32,000 nucleotides of DNA from Nitrososphaerota archaeon (GTDB taxonomy: Archaea; Thermoproteota; Nitrososphaeria; Nitrososphaerales; UBA57). The notes beneath the pieces are model-generated. The model searched no databases. It worked only from the letters and a program-made list of their open reading frames with translations, and was not told the origin of the DNA. Made by a program: the position numbers and the translations under genes. The stretch lies in contig PAVW01000006.1 of the NCBI GenBank assembly GCA_002713205.1, forward strand, positions 39,180-71,179, written 5' to 3'. Below, piece after piece: positions 7,375-17,315 of this stretch; the stretch's first letter is position 1, and every line of letters starts with the position of its first letter.

Positions 7375-9657
7375 TCATTGTAATATTTGTTTACGTAAAA
7401 CATTAAGAGCTGAACCTTCTTTGAACCAGTTGATTTGAGATTTAGTGTAAGTATGTTTCAACAAAAGTTTTTCGTGAGTTTTATCTTGATGTTTAACTAT
7501 AGCTTCTAGATTTTGATTTTCACTAAAGTGTTCAAGATCAAGGATGTCAATCAAATCATTTTCTTGAATAACATCATAATTATTTTCATTAACAAATGTA
7601 AGAGTTAAAATTCCTTGTTTTTTAAGATTTGTTTCATGAATACGGGCAAAACTTTTTGCAATAACTACTGTACAGCCAAGATAACGAGGAGACATTGCAG
7701 CATGTTCCCTACTGCTCCCTTCACCATAATTATCTTCACCAATAATCATCCAAGAGATTTTATTTTTCTTATAATATCTGGCAATAGAAGAAAATGCTTC
7801 AATATTTCCTGTAATTTGATTTTTACCCATACCAATGGAATTATGAAAAGAATTTGCAGCACCAATCAATAAATTATCACTAATGTTATCTAGATGACCA
7901 CGAAACTTCAACCAAGAACCTGCTGGAGATATATGATCTGTTGTGCATTTACCTTTTATTTTTCCTAAAATGATTAAATTAGAATAATTTTTACTGTTCC
8001 ATGAATCAAATTGGTCTAAGACCTGCAACCTTTTACTATTTTTAGCGATGAGTATTTCAAATTCTGATTTATTAGATTGTGGAGGTATATACAAATCACT
8101 AGACCAAACAAACCCGTTTTTTGGTATATCAGAAACCGGAGGAGGCGGTTTTAATTTAAATTTAGAACCATCATTAGCAATGAGATAATCTTTAGTTGGA
8201 TTGAATGATAATCGACCTGCAAGAGATAATGCAACTACTATTTCAGGACTAGCCATGAAACTCATAGTTTCTCTACTGCCATCATTTCGCCCAGGAAAAT
8301 TTCTATTAAAGGATGTAAGAATAGTATTTTTCTGATTTTTTATTTCAGGTCTATTCCATTGACCAATACAAGGGCCACAAGCATTAGCAAGTACAGTAGC
8401 GCCAATTGATTCAAGATTATACAATTGCCCATCTCGTTCAATTGTAGCTCGAATTTGTTCTGAACCAGGGGTAATTAATAAAGGAACGGATGTTTTAATA
8501 TTCTTATCAACTGCTTGTAGAGCTATGCTTGATACTCTTCCCATATCTTCATACGACGAATTAGTACAACTTCCAATAAGCCCAACTGAAATTTCATCAA
8601 TATAATCATTAGTACGGACATCATCAGCAAGTTGAGAAATAGGGCGAGCTAGATCAGGAGTATGCGGGCCAACAACATATGGTTCAAGATCAGATAAGTT
8701 GATTTCAATAACCCTTTTAAAATATTTGGTAGGATTATTTTCAATTTCTTTGTCAATAGTAAAAAGATTATAATATTTATTGATAAGATTAGAAATTGAT
8801 TTTCGATTTGTGTGATTAAGATAATTTATCATGGTTTCATCTAAAGGAAAAATAGAAGAAGTAGCACCAATTTCAGCTCCCATATTTGTAATAGTTGCTT
8901 TACCAGTGCAGCTAATTGATTTTGTTCCAGGACCAAAATATTCAATAATGCAATTTGTTGCACCTGAAACAGTTAAGATAGATGTGAGATATAGAATTAT
9001 ATCCTTAGGAGAAGTCCAGCCATTTAATTCACCAGTCAGATATACACCAATTCGCTCAGGATACAAAATTTCCCAATTAAATCCTGCCATAACTTCGGAC
9101 GCATCTATACCTCCTACACCAATACCCATCATTCCTAAACCACCAGAATTTGGTGTATGTGAATCGGTGCCAATAATTAGACCTCCAGGAAATGCATAAT
9201 TTTCAAGTAAAACTTGATGTATTATACCAGCACCTGGTTTCCAAAATCCGATACCAAATTTCTTAGATGCTGATTCAAGAAATTTATACACTTCATTGTT
9301 TTCAAAAAGAGCTCGTTTGATATCAGAGCTAGCTGAGACCTTAGCCTGAATTAAATGATCACAATGTAGGGTAGTAGGAACTAATACTTTAGAAAGTTTA
9401 GATTGCATAAATTGTAAGAGAACCATCTGCCCAGAAGCATCTTGTAATGCTACTCTGTCAGGTTTTATAAATATATAATCGCGACCAGGGGTAAGAGAAT
9501 CAAATTTAGGTTCAGATAAATGTCCAATAAAAAGTTTTTCAGCAAGTGTAAGTGGTTTGGAATCATATTCTTGAAATTTCTGAATATTTAATTGTATTTT
9601 ATCGTAAATCCCTTTAATTAATGATATAGGAGTCATATCTTGCATTTTACTAATCAA
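7375..9657 (-). CDS. acn: Aconitate hydratase (mitochondrial-type aconitase, about 760 aa)
   Basis: Fe-S ligand motifs IGSCTNSSYEDM and ANACGPCIGQW. Also HCDHLI, GTDSHT and a C-terminal swivel domain (GEDNYGEGSSREHAA). Confidence 0.92.
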   Translation of the reverse strand: MISKMQDMTPISLIKGIYDKIQLNIQKFQEYDSKPLTLAEKLFIGHLSEPKFDSLTPGRDYIFIKPDRVALQDASGQMVLLQFMQSKLSKVLVPTTLHCDHLIQAKVSASSDIKRALFENNEVYKFLESASKKFGIGFWKPGAGIIHQVLLENYAFPGGLIIGTDSHTPNSGGLGMMGIGVGGIDASEVMAGFNWEILYPERIGVYLTGELNGWTSPKDIILYLTSILTVSGATNCIIEYFGPGTKSISCTGKATITNMGAEIGATSSIFPLDETMINYLNHTNRKSISNLINKYYNLFTIDKEIENNPTKYFKRVIEINLSDLEPYVVGPHTPDLARPISQLADDVRTNDYIDEISVGLIGSCTNSSYEDMGRVSSIALQAVDKNIKTSVPLLITPGSEQIRATIERDGQLYNLESIGATVLANACGPCIGQWNRPEIKNQKNTILTSFNRNFPGRNDGSRETMSFMASPEIVVALSLAGRLSFNPTKDYLIANDGSKFKLKPPPPVSDIPKNGFVWSSDLYIPPQSNKSEFEILIAKNSKRLQVLDQFDSWNSKNYSNLIILGKIKGKCTTDHISPAGSWLKFRGHLDNISDNLLIGAANSFHNSIGMGKNQITGNIEAFSSIARYYKKNKISWMIIGEDNYGEGSSREHAAMSPRYLGCTVVIAKSFARIHETNLKKQGILTLTFVNENNYDVIQENDLIDILDLEHFSENQNLEAIVKHQDKTHEKLLLKHTYTKSQINWFKEGSALNVLRKQILQ

Positions 9658-9734
9658 TATTAAATTTTAATATCTAGTTAAAATAGTTTCCTTGATAGCA
9701 ATTCGAGTAAAGGTTAAAAGAAAAAACCAGTATT

Positions 9735-9860
9735 ATGGTTATTATGAATATTGGAGAATTTTTCGGCTTTATTAATAATTCATTAATTATGCTTTTCATA
9801 ATTTCAATTGTTTTAATTTTTGTCTATGAATATCAATCTAATAAAACTGAGAAAATTTAG
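9735..9860 (+). CDS. Possible 41-aa hydrophobic small protein (MVIMNIGEFFGFINNSLIMLFIISIVLIFVYEYQSNKTEKI)
   Basis: Hand-translated ATG..TAG ORF in the aconitase/helicase divergent intergenic region. It has one predicted TM helix and ends 8 nt before the helicase ATG. It falls below the size cut-off of the ORF track. It could be a chance ORF in AT-rich DNA. Confidence 0.2.
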   Translation: MVIMNIGEFFGFINNSLIMLFIISIVLIFVYEYQSNKTEKI

Positions 9861-9868
9861 ATGAATAT

Positions 9869-12616
9869 ATGCAAAATAATGATATAGAAAAGAAAATCAT
9901 TTCACAATTTACAAAAATTGGATTTGTTAATTTAACAAATATACAAAAACAATCATATTCAATTATTAGAAAGAAAAAAAATCTATTGTTAGTAGCGCCT
10001 ACAGGATCTGGAAAGACCGAAGCTGCAATTATTCCAATTATTGTTGAAATCATCAACAACAGGCCAGAGAAGAATAAAGTAAGTGTATTATATATCACTC
10101 CATTAAGGGCATTAAATAGAGATATTTTTGAGAGAATAATTAAGTATACGAAATTAGAAGGCGTAACAGCAGAAGTAAGGCATGGAGATACAACAAGAAT
10201 ACAAAAACGTCGAATGATTGAAAATCCACCTGATGTATTAATAACTACACCTGAAACACTTGCAATTCTTGTAACAAATAAATCTACAAGAGTAATTTTG
10301 TCGTCAGTTAAATGGACAATAATTGATGAATTTCATGAACTAATTGGAAATGAACGCGGAACACAGTTGACATTATCATTAGAACGATTACAAAAATTAA
10401 GCAGTAACAAAATTGTAAGAATTGGTTTATCAGCTACACTAGGCGATGTTAATAATAGTTTAAAGCTTTTATCTGGAAATAATAATAAATATTTCTCAGA
10501 AGCAATTATAGACAGTACCGTAAGAGAATATGATATAGAAATAAAATATTTGAATGGAAATTTAGTTGATTTATCAAATTTAGTCTTAAAATATGTATTA
10601 GAAAAAAGAAAAACTACACTATTATTTACAAATACCAGAGTGGAGGCAGAAGCTATCGGGTCGATATTAAAGGCAAAATCACCAGAATTTCCAGTTGAAG
10701 TGCATCATGGATCTCTAGCTAAAGAAGTAAGAGAAAATACGGAATTAAAACTAAAAAGTAATGAACCAGTTCTGGTAGTATGTACATCTTCCCTTGAATT
10801 AGGTCTAGACATAGGTAGTATTGATAGTGTTATTCAATTAGGTTCGCCAAGACAAGCTATCAAGCTTATTCAGAGAATTGGAAGAAGTAGACATAAAGTA
10901 GGGCAAACAGCAAAAGGCATCATATTTACAAATAAAATAGACGATGAAATAGAATCACTTGCTCTTGTTAATCGAATTAAGGATAAAGATTTAGAATCTA
11001 TTTCAATGCATGAGAAATCACTGGATGTTTTATCACATCAAATAACGGGCATGGTAATGGAAAATGAAAATTCCAATATAAATGACGTGTTTTTTATAGT
11101 AAAAAACGCATATCCATTTCGAAATATCACTAAAGAAGAACTTGTTGAATGTGTTATATTTTTACAAAAACACGGAATAATAGGATTTAATGGGGAAAAA
11201 ATGTGGAGAAGAAGTAGAATATTTGAATATTATTATCAAAACATCTCCACAATACCAGATTCACTTCAATTTACTGTTAGAGACATTACGAAAAAGAAAA
11301 TCATTGGAAGATTAGATCAATTATTTGTAGGCGAATATGGTGAGCCTGGAAAAACATTCATATTGAAAGGAAATTCTTGGCGAATCATATCCATAGATGA
11401 CGAAAAAAAGATAGTTCATGTAGAACCAATTTTTACAGATATAACAAATATACCTCATTGGATAGGAGAACTTATTCCTGTAGACTTTGGAACTGCACAA
11501 AGAGTTGAAAAATTAAGAGAAGAAATTTTTAACCAGAAAATAAATACAAGCCCTGAGCAAAAAGAAAGAATTGTAAAGACATTTAATGCATTAAATGTCA
11601 TTCCCAATAATCAAAATATCATAATAGAAAAAAATGTAAAAAATAAATCAGTCATATTACATTGTTGTTTTGGTTCAAAGATCAATCAAACTATTGCAAC
11701 TTTATTATCTACAATAATTTCTTCAAAAAGCGGTGTTTTAATTGACGCAAAAACAGATCCATATAGAATTTTATTATCATCACAAGGACTGATTTCTGAA
11801 AATAATATTGAAGATGCAATTATAAACGAAATTGAATTAGAAGAGATATTAAAGGTGGCAATAGTCGGATCACATCCACTTAATTGGAAAATTTGGCACG
11901 TATCGAAAAGGTTTGGAGTAATAAAAAAAGAAGCAGAATATGATAGACGAGCGGTTAAACTTATTCAAAAAAGGTATAAAAATACACCATTATATAAAGA
12001 AGTCATAAGAGAATTAATTTTAGAAAAATACGATATGGTGAATACTAAAAAAATTCTCCAAAAAATAAGGCAAAATAAAATTAAAATAATTTTTAAATCA
12101 ATCAAGGAGTTCACACCTCTGGCAAAACCAATCTTAGAGCATGCTTCGACATTTGCAGCTCTTCCATTAACTGTTGAAAAAAGTATAATAGATCTTATAA
12201 AAAAAAGACTTGAAGAAACAAATAATAAATTAATGTGTATAAGTTGTGGAAAATGGGAAACCGTGATAAAACCAATCAATATAAAACAAAAAAATATGGG
12301 ATGTAAAATATGTAAATCTAAATTAATAACTCGTACATTTGTAACAGATTATGATCTTTTAAAAATCATAAATAAAAAGAAAAAGGGGAAACAACTAACT
12401 GATTCGGAAGAAATATCATTTAAAAAAGCATGGAAAGTTTCATCATTAATTCAACATTTTGATAAAAAAGCTATTATTACGCTATCAGGATTTGGAATAG
12501 GACCTGTTACAGCAGCCAGAATATTACGCAATACGTTTTCAGAAGAAGATTTATTTAAAAAAATATATGTTGCAGAAAAACTTTATGTAACTACAAGAGG
12601 GTTTTGGAAAGAATAG
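9869..12616 (+). CDS. lhr: Lhr-like superfamily-2 DExH helicase (COG1201-type) with a C-terminal Zn-ribbon
   Basis: Motif I is VAPTGSGKTEAA. YITPLRALNRD is present. Motif II is IIDEFHEL. Motif VI-like is QRIGRSRH. The length (915 aa) and winged-helix/DEAD-associated middle region fit the family. A CxxC...CxxC pair is present (CISCGK...CKICKSK). Confidence 0.85.
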   Translation: MQNNDIEKKIISQFTKIGFVNLTNIQKQSYSIIRKKKNLLLVAPTGSGKTEAAIIPIIVEIINNRPEKNKVSVLYITPLRALNRDIFERIIKYTKLEGVTAEVRHGDTTRIQKRRMIENPPDVLITTPETLAILVTNKSTRVILSSVKWTIIDEFHELIGNERGTQLTLSLERLQKLSSNKIVRIGLSATLGDVNNSLKLLSGNNNKYFSEAIIDSTVREYDIEIKYLNGNLVDLSNLVLKYVLEKRKTTLLFTNTRVEAEAIGSILKAKSPEFPVEVHHGSLAKEVRENTELKLKSNEPVLVVCTSSLELGLDIGSIDSVIQLGSPRQAIKLIQRIGRSRHKVGQTAKGIIFTNKIDDEIESLALVNRIKDKDLESISMHEKSLDVLSHQITGMVMENENSNINDVFFIVKNAYPFRNITKEELVECVIFLQKHGIIGFNGEKMWRRSRIFEYYYQNISTIPDSLQFTVRDITKKKIIGRLDQLFVGEYGEPGKTFILKGNSWRIISIDDEKKIVHVEPIFTDITNIPHWIGELIPVDFGTAQRVEKLREEIFNQKINTSPEQKERIVKTFNALNVIPNNQNIIIEKNVKNKSVILHCCFGSKINQTIATLLSTIISSKSGVLIDAKTDPYRILLSSQGLISENNIEDAIINEIELEEILKVAIVGSHPLNWKIWHVSKRFGVIKKEAEYDRRAVKLIQKRYKNTPLYKEVIRELILEKYDMVNTKKILQKIRQNKIKIIFKSIKEFTPLAKPILEHASTFAALPLTVEKSIIDLIKKRLEETNNKLMCISCGKWETVIKPINIKQKNMGCKICKSKLITRTFVTDYDLLKIINKKKKGKQLTDSEEISFKKAWKVSSLIQHFDKKAIITLSGFGIGPVTAARILRNTFSEEDLFKKIYVAEKLYVTTRGFWKE

Positions 12617-12617
12617 A

Positions 12618-13589
12618 ATGAAAAGGAAATCTTATTGCATATCACATGGAAAAGACGTAGATGGAATAGCATCAGCATCGCTGGTTAAAATGGTCACTAA
12701 ATCAACTGTGTATCTTGTCAATTATGATAAAATAATCAAAGTGTTGAGTAGTATTGATGATAATTCCGAGGTATATGTTTGTGATTTAGGTATGAATGAT
12801 TCAATTGCAGATGACTTCATTAATGAATGTAAAAGAATAACTAAAAAAGGTCATTTGACTTACATAGACCATCATATTCTAAAACCAAATATTAAACGTA
12901 AACTTATAGAATCAAATATTACTCTAGTACATTCGAGAAAAGAATGTGCAGGCGTTCTAACATATGAACATTTAAAAAAATCACTGCCAAGAGGCGCATC
13001 GATATTAGCATGTTATGCAGCAATAACAGATTATTTAGATAATCAACCAATTGCAAAGAGCCTAATAAGCAATTATGATAGGCAATTAGTTTTATTTGAA
13101 TCAACTATGTTAGCATACGCATTTGCATATAGTGGTGCAAGACAAAAATTTGGCAATCAAATTGTAGATGAATTTCAGAATCTAAAATTTCCACATGAAA
13201 TAAAAGATGTTGCAGAATTAGCAAATAAACAAGCTGAAAAAATGAAGGAGGTTATGGAAAAGATAAAGAAAGATGCCAAATATTATAGAAATTTTGCATG
13301 TATGGAATCAAATGAATCAACCATAGGATTAGTTGCCAATTTGATAATTGGGGAATTAAATGTTCCAGTGGGATTTGCATATAAATATAATTCGAATGGA
13401 TACTATGAAATGTCTTTTCGTGCAAAATATGATTCGAAGGTAAATTTAGGTCAAATAGTTTCAAAAATAACTACTAAGATTGGCGGAATGGGAGGCGGGC
13501 ATAATAAAGCCTGCGGGGCAAGAATACCTGAAGAAACATTTGATGATTTTATTAAATTATTTAAGAGAGAATTGAATAAAACAAATTAA
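12618..13589 (+). CDS. DHH-family phosphoesterase with DHHA1 domain (NrnA/RecJ-like nuclease)
   Basis: Motifs by eye: HGKDVDGIASA; VCDLG; YIDHHIL (the DHH motif); and the DHHA1 motif GGGHNKACGA. The ATG lies 1 nt after the helicase stop. Confidence 0.85.
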   Translation: MKRKSYCISHGKDVDGIASASLVKMVTKSTVYLVNYDKIIKVLSSIDDNSEVYVCDLGMNDSIADDFINECKRITKKGHLTYIDHHILKPNIKRKLIESNITLVHSRKECAGVLTYEHLKKSLPRGASILACYAAITDYLDNQPIAKSLISNYDRQLVLFESTMLAYAFAYSGARQKFGNQIVDEFQNLKFPHEIKDVAELANKQAEKMKEVMEKIKKDAKYYRNFACMESNESTIGLVANLIIGELNVPVGFAYKYNSNGYYEMSFRAKYDSKVNLGQIVSKITTKIGGMGGGHNKACGARIPEETFDDFIKLFKRELNKTN

Positions 13590-13607
13590 TTTAAACAAAA
13601 AACAATA

Positions 13608-14939
13608 TCAAGGAGCAGGTTTAATAAATTTATTTCGCATCTGGTTTTTTGTTATGTTTCTAGATCGAGTTATAATATTCAGAGCATTTTCATAAATTTC
13701 TGTTTTGTCTAGTCGTATTTGAGCAATCCCTTCCTCAATTGCCTTCATTCCAACGGCTGCGGCTTCTCTTGCATATACTTCAATTTCATTCATATTAGGA
13801 ATTATTTTATTTTCAGTTAATCCTTGTTCTTCGGCATAAGAAGCTAGTTCGTAAGCTGCGGCTAAACACATAGAATCTGTAAGTTTTTGGGCACGAACGT
13901 CGAGTGCTCCGCGAAATAATCCAGGAAAACCAAGAGAATTATTGACCTGATTTGCAAAATCAGATCTTCCAGTAGCAATAATTGCAGCACCTGCAGTTTT
14001 AGCATCCCAAGGCCAAATCTCTGGAACAGGATTAGCACAAGCAAAAATAATTGGATTATCAGCCATATTTTTAATCCATGATGGTTTAATAACATCAGGG
14101 CCAGGTTTTGAAAGAGCTATACATACATCAGATCCTTGTAATGATTCAGGTATTCCACCATCAAGTTGGTCTTTATTGGTTTGCTGAGCAATATTCCATT
14201 TAATTTTGTTCTCTTGTAAATCTTCTCGTTGTAAATTTATAATTCCACGACTATCAACAACTACAACATTCTTAATATCCATTCCAGCTTTTTCCAATAA
14301 TCGAACTAGTGCAACATTAGCAGCACCACTACCAACAAGACTAATTTTCAATTTGTTAAATTTTTTATTGACGAATTTTGCAGAATTAATTAGCCCTGCA
14401 ATTACAACTAGTGCAGTACCTTGTTGATCATCATGCCATACAGGTATCGGAAGAGTTTGTTGTAATTCAGACAATATATCAAAACATTTCGGGCTTTCAA
14501 TATCTTCAAGATTAATACCACCAAAAGTAGGAGCTATAATCTTACAAAATCGGATTATTTCATCTTTATCTTTTGTATCTAACATTAGTGGCACAGCATC
14601 AACACCGCCAAGATATTTGAATAATAATGATTTACCTTCCATAACAGGTAGACCTGCTTCTGGACCAATATCACCTAATCCCAATACACGTGAGCCATCA
14701 CTAACTATGGCCACAGAATTTCCTTTATTAGTATGTTCAAAAACTTGTAATTTATCATTACTAATGTTTTTACAAGGCGCTGCAACACCTGGAGAATACC
14801 AAATTGCAAAGTCGTCGAATGATCTTATAGGACATTTTACCATAGTTTCAATTTTTCCTTTATAATATGGGTGTAAAAGTAACGCATCTTCACCAGGTTT
14901 TTGGGCTTTTTTTTCTAATTCTTTTTTAGTTTTTTCCAA
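13608..14939 (-). CDS. NAD(P)-dependent malic enzyme (short form)
   Basis: Motifs by eye: YSPGVA; VSDGSRVLGLGDIG; the GINLEDI motif; and the Rossmann motif VGSGAANVA. Size about 440 aa. Confidence 0.9.
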   Translation of the reverse strand: MEKTKKELEKKAQKPGEDALLLHPYYKGKIETMVKCPIRSFDDFAIWYSPGVAAPCKNISNDKLQVFEHTNKGNSVAIVSDGSRVLGLGDIGPEAGLPVMEGKSLLFKYLGGVDAVPLMLDTKDKDEIIRFCKIIAPTFGGINLEDIESPKCFDILSELQQTLPIPVWHDDQQGTALVVIAGLINSAKFVNKKFNKLKISLVGSGAANVALVRLLEKAGMDIKNVVVVDSRGIINLQREDLQENKIKWNIAQQTNKDQLDGGIPESLQGSDVCIALSKPGPDVIKPSWIKNMADNPIIFACANPVPEIWPWDAKTAGAAIIATGRSDFANQVNNSLGFPGLFRGALDVRAQKLTDSMCLAAAYELASYAEEQGLTENKIIPNMNEIEVYAREAAAVGMKAIEEGIAQIRLDKTEIYENALNIITRSRNITKNQMRNKFIKPAP

Positions 14940-15052
14940 TATATCACTAATAATTATTATTTTTTTTTAGATTTATTCTTTATGTAGGTAACTCTATCTG
15001 AAAATATAGAAAAGAATTATAGAGAGAAATAGATAATGAAGATGAACAACAG

Positions 15053-16075
15053 ATGAAAATAGCGATAATTGGATTAGGTGTTGCAGGTTCATATTTACTA
15101 CATACTCTAAGTTCTGAACATGAAGTTAAGGGATTTGAGATGCAAAAAGAAGGACAATTCGATGCGGTTTGTGCTTGGGGCGCATCAAAAAGTGAAATGA
15201 AGAAAATATTTGCGAGAATTAACATTAATTTTGATAATTATATCTTTTTCAATGGTAAAAATATTCATTTGGATTTAAAGGGAAAAATAAGAAAAATAGG
15301 GTGTAAAGGATTAATAACTTACAATAAACATCAATTAGAATTAGATTTAACCAAAGGACTTGATGCAAATTATGGAATAAGAATAACACCTGAAAACTTT
15401 TCAGTTGATGAATATGATTTAGTAATAGACGCAACAAGTCTGCAAAGAGTTATGTTACCAAAAGTTAAAGATCAACTTCTTGTACCTTGTGTAGAATATA
15501 TGGTAGAATATGACAAGCCTCCATATGATGATTTCTATGTAAAACCGTTTAGCACAGCAAGTGGTTATTTTTGGTATTTTCCATTAAATGGAAAAATTGC
15601 ATATGTCGGCGCAGGTGATTATTATAGGAAACACATGGAAGAACTAAATAAATTTAATAATAAACACGGAGGCAAAATACTAAAAAAAATTGGACGGCCA
15701 ATTCGTTTATCGTCACCAGAATCGTGTCAACCATTTACGAAAGGGAATGTAGTTGGTGTTGGAGAAGCTATTGGAACTGTATTTCCATTAATAGGTGAAG
15801 GAATAATCCCCAGCTTACAATGTGCAGAATTATTGAAAAAAAATATTAATAATATTCCTCAATATATAGAAGATGTAAAAAAAGAATTCAAAGTGTATTC
15901 AGATGTTTTCAGAGTTATTAAATTAAAAATGAACAATAACCTCAATCCATACAATTTCATTCTAAATTCAGGTTCTATTTGGAAGACTTATCGTACAATG
16001 AGGAAGCAAGAAGAAAGGTTCGGTCTTGAAGTTAAAATGAAAGATATGGCAGAGATACTATTAACACAGTTGTAA
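15053..16075 (+). CDS. FAD/NAD(P)-binding oxidoreductase, geranylgeranyl-reductase-like
   Basis: N-terminal dinucleotide-binding motif KIAIIGLGVAGSYL. C-terminal GEAIG...P..GEGI motif resembling GGR-family flavoproteins. Substrate unknown. Confidence 0.55.
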   Translation: MKIAIIGLGVAGSYLLHTLSSEHEVKGFEMQKEGQFDAVCAWGASKSEMKKIFARININFDNYIFFNGKNIHLDLKGKIRKIGCKGLITYNKHQLELDLTKGLDANYGIRITPENFSVDEYDLVIDATSLQRVMLPKVKDQLLVPCVEYMVEYDKPPYDDFYVKPFSTASGYFWYFPLNGKIAYVGAGDYYRKHMEELNKFNNKHGGKILKKIGRPIRLSSPESCQPFTKGNVVGVGEAIGTVFPLIGEGIIPSLQCAELLKKNINNIPQYIEDVKKEFKVYSDVFRVIKLKMNNNLNPYNFILNSGSIWKTYRTMRKQEERFGLEVKMKDMAEILLTQL

Positions 16076-16155
16076 GATTTATATCGAAGGTATTTCTATT
16101 GTAGGTTGTTAAACAATGATACATGATAAAAATTATGTAGTAGGTGTTAATTTAA

Positions 16156-17301
16156 TTGCCAGAAAGTATAGTAAAATATTTAGCGAAACTAGAATTCGAA
16201 ATAGATGGAATAGTAGATAAAGCCGATATAATTGGAGCAATTTTTGGCCAGACCGAGGGGTTATTTGGACCAGAAATGAATTTAAACGAGCTTCAAAAGA
16301 ATTGGAAAGTCGGGAGAATAGAAATTTCTATTCAGCCACATAACGGTAAAGGTAAAGGCAATGTAACAATTCCTATGAGTACAGATATATCAACAGTTTC
16401 TTTGATAGCAGCTGCTGTTGAAGCAATAGATAAAGTAGGCCCATGTTCATCACATTTTAAGCTCAAATCGATTGACGATGTAAGAGCATTAAAAAGAGAA
16501 GCTATAGTAGCAAGAGCCAAAGGAATAATGAAAGATTGGAGTGCAAAAAGTGCCAGTGAAGGTGAAGATATTTTAAGAGATGTTTCAGATGTTGGTAAAA
16601 AAGTCAAAATAACAGCTTATGGGAAAGAAGAGCTACCTGCCGGCCCTGCTATAAATACATCAAAAGATATTATTATTGTAGAAGGAAGAGCAGATGTATT
16701 AAATCTGTTAAGAGCAGGAATAGAAAATACAATTGCAGTAGAAGGCACAAATGTACCTGATGCAATTGCTAAATTGAGCAAAGAAAAACAACTTTCAGCT
16801 TTTCTAGATGGAGACAGGGGAGGAGACTTAATTTTGCGAGAATTGAATCAAGTCATTAAATTAACCAAGGTATCAAGAGCTCCAAAAGGAAGAGAAGTAG
16901 AAGAATTAACTCCAATTGAGATTTTAGAAATATTAAACAATGGTAAATTAAAAACAGTGGAGGAAACTAAAAGCGATATCAAGGATAAACAAATACCAGA
17001 CGGAATACCGTCTAAACTGATTGAAATTGGAAAACAAATCAAACAGGATCTTGAAGGAACGTTAGAATCACATGTTTATGATTCTTCTTTTAAAGAAATA
17101 GACAAAGTTCCAGTTAGTGAACTAGTAAAAACAATAGAATCAAAAAATAAGATAGAGTTTATAATTTTTGACGGCATTATTACTAGTAGACTTATAGAAA
17201 TTGCAGAAAAAAAAGGAGTGAAAGTTATTATTGGGAATAGAATGGGAAAGATTGGAAATAATCCATCAATAAAAATGCTAACTTTTCAACAATTAGAATA
17301 G
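16156..17301 (+). CDS. dnaG: Archaeal DnaG-like primase / exosome-associated TOPRIM protein
   Basis: N-terminus is KYLAKLEFEIDGIVDKADIIGAIFGQTEGLFG, typical of archaeal DnaG. TOPRIM motifs are IIVEGRADV and FLDGDRGGD. TTG start at 16156. Confidence 0.85.
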   Translation: MPESIVKYLAKLEFEIDGIVDKADIIGAIFGQTEGLFGPEMNLNELQKNWKVGRIEISIQPHNGKGKGNVTIPMSTDISTVSLIAAAVEAIDKVGPCSSHFKLKSIDDVRALKREAIVARAKGIMKDWSAKSASEGEDILRDVSDVGKKVKITAYGKEELPAGPAINTSKDIIIVEGRADVLNLLRAGIENTIAVEGTNVPDAIAKLSKEKQLSAFLDGDRGGDLILRELNQVIKLTKVSRAPKGREVEELTPIEILEILNNGKLKTVEETKSDIKDKQIPDGIPSKLIEIGKQIKQDLEGTLESHVYDSSFKEIDKVPVSELVKTIESKNKIEFIIFDGIITSRLIEIAEKKGVKVIIGNRMGKIGNNPSIKMLTFQQLE

Positions 17302-17315
17302 AGTAAAATTGTAAC

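Noticed and set aside
7129-9199. Track ORFs 7129..7314(-), 7615..7872(+) and 8831..9199(+)
   Set aside because: They lie antisense or out of frame within the yggX-like and aconitase genes, whose frames carry unmistakable family motifs.
9838-15437. Track ORFs 9838..10098(-), 11965..12279(-), 12919..13104(-), 13252..13464(-), 13862..14095(-), 14206..14427(+), 14617..14865(+), 14980..15225(-) and 15249..15437(-)
   Set aside because: Nearly all lie inside, and antisense to or out of frame with, the well-supported Lhr, DHH, malic-enzyme and oxidoreductase genes. 9838..10098 and 14980..15225 also extend partly into the flanking intergenic spacers. The products are low-complexity hydrophobic sequences typical of shadow ORFs in AT-rich DNA.
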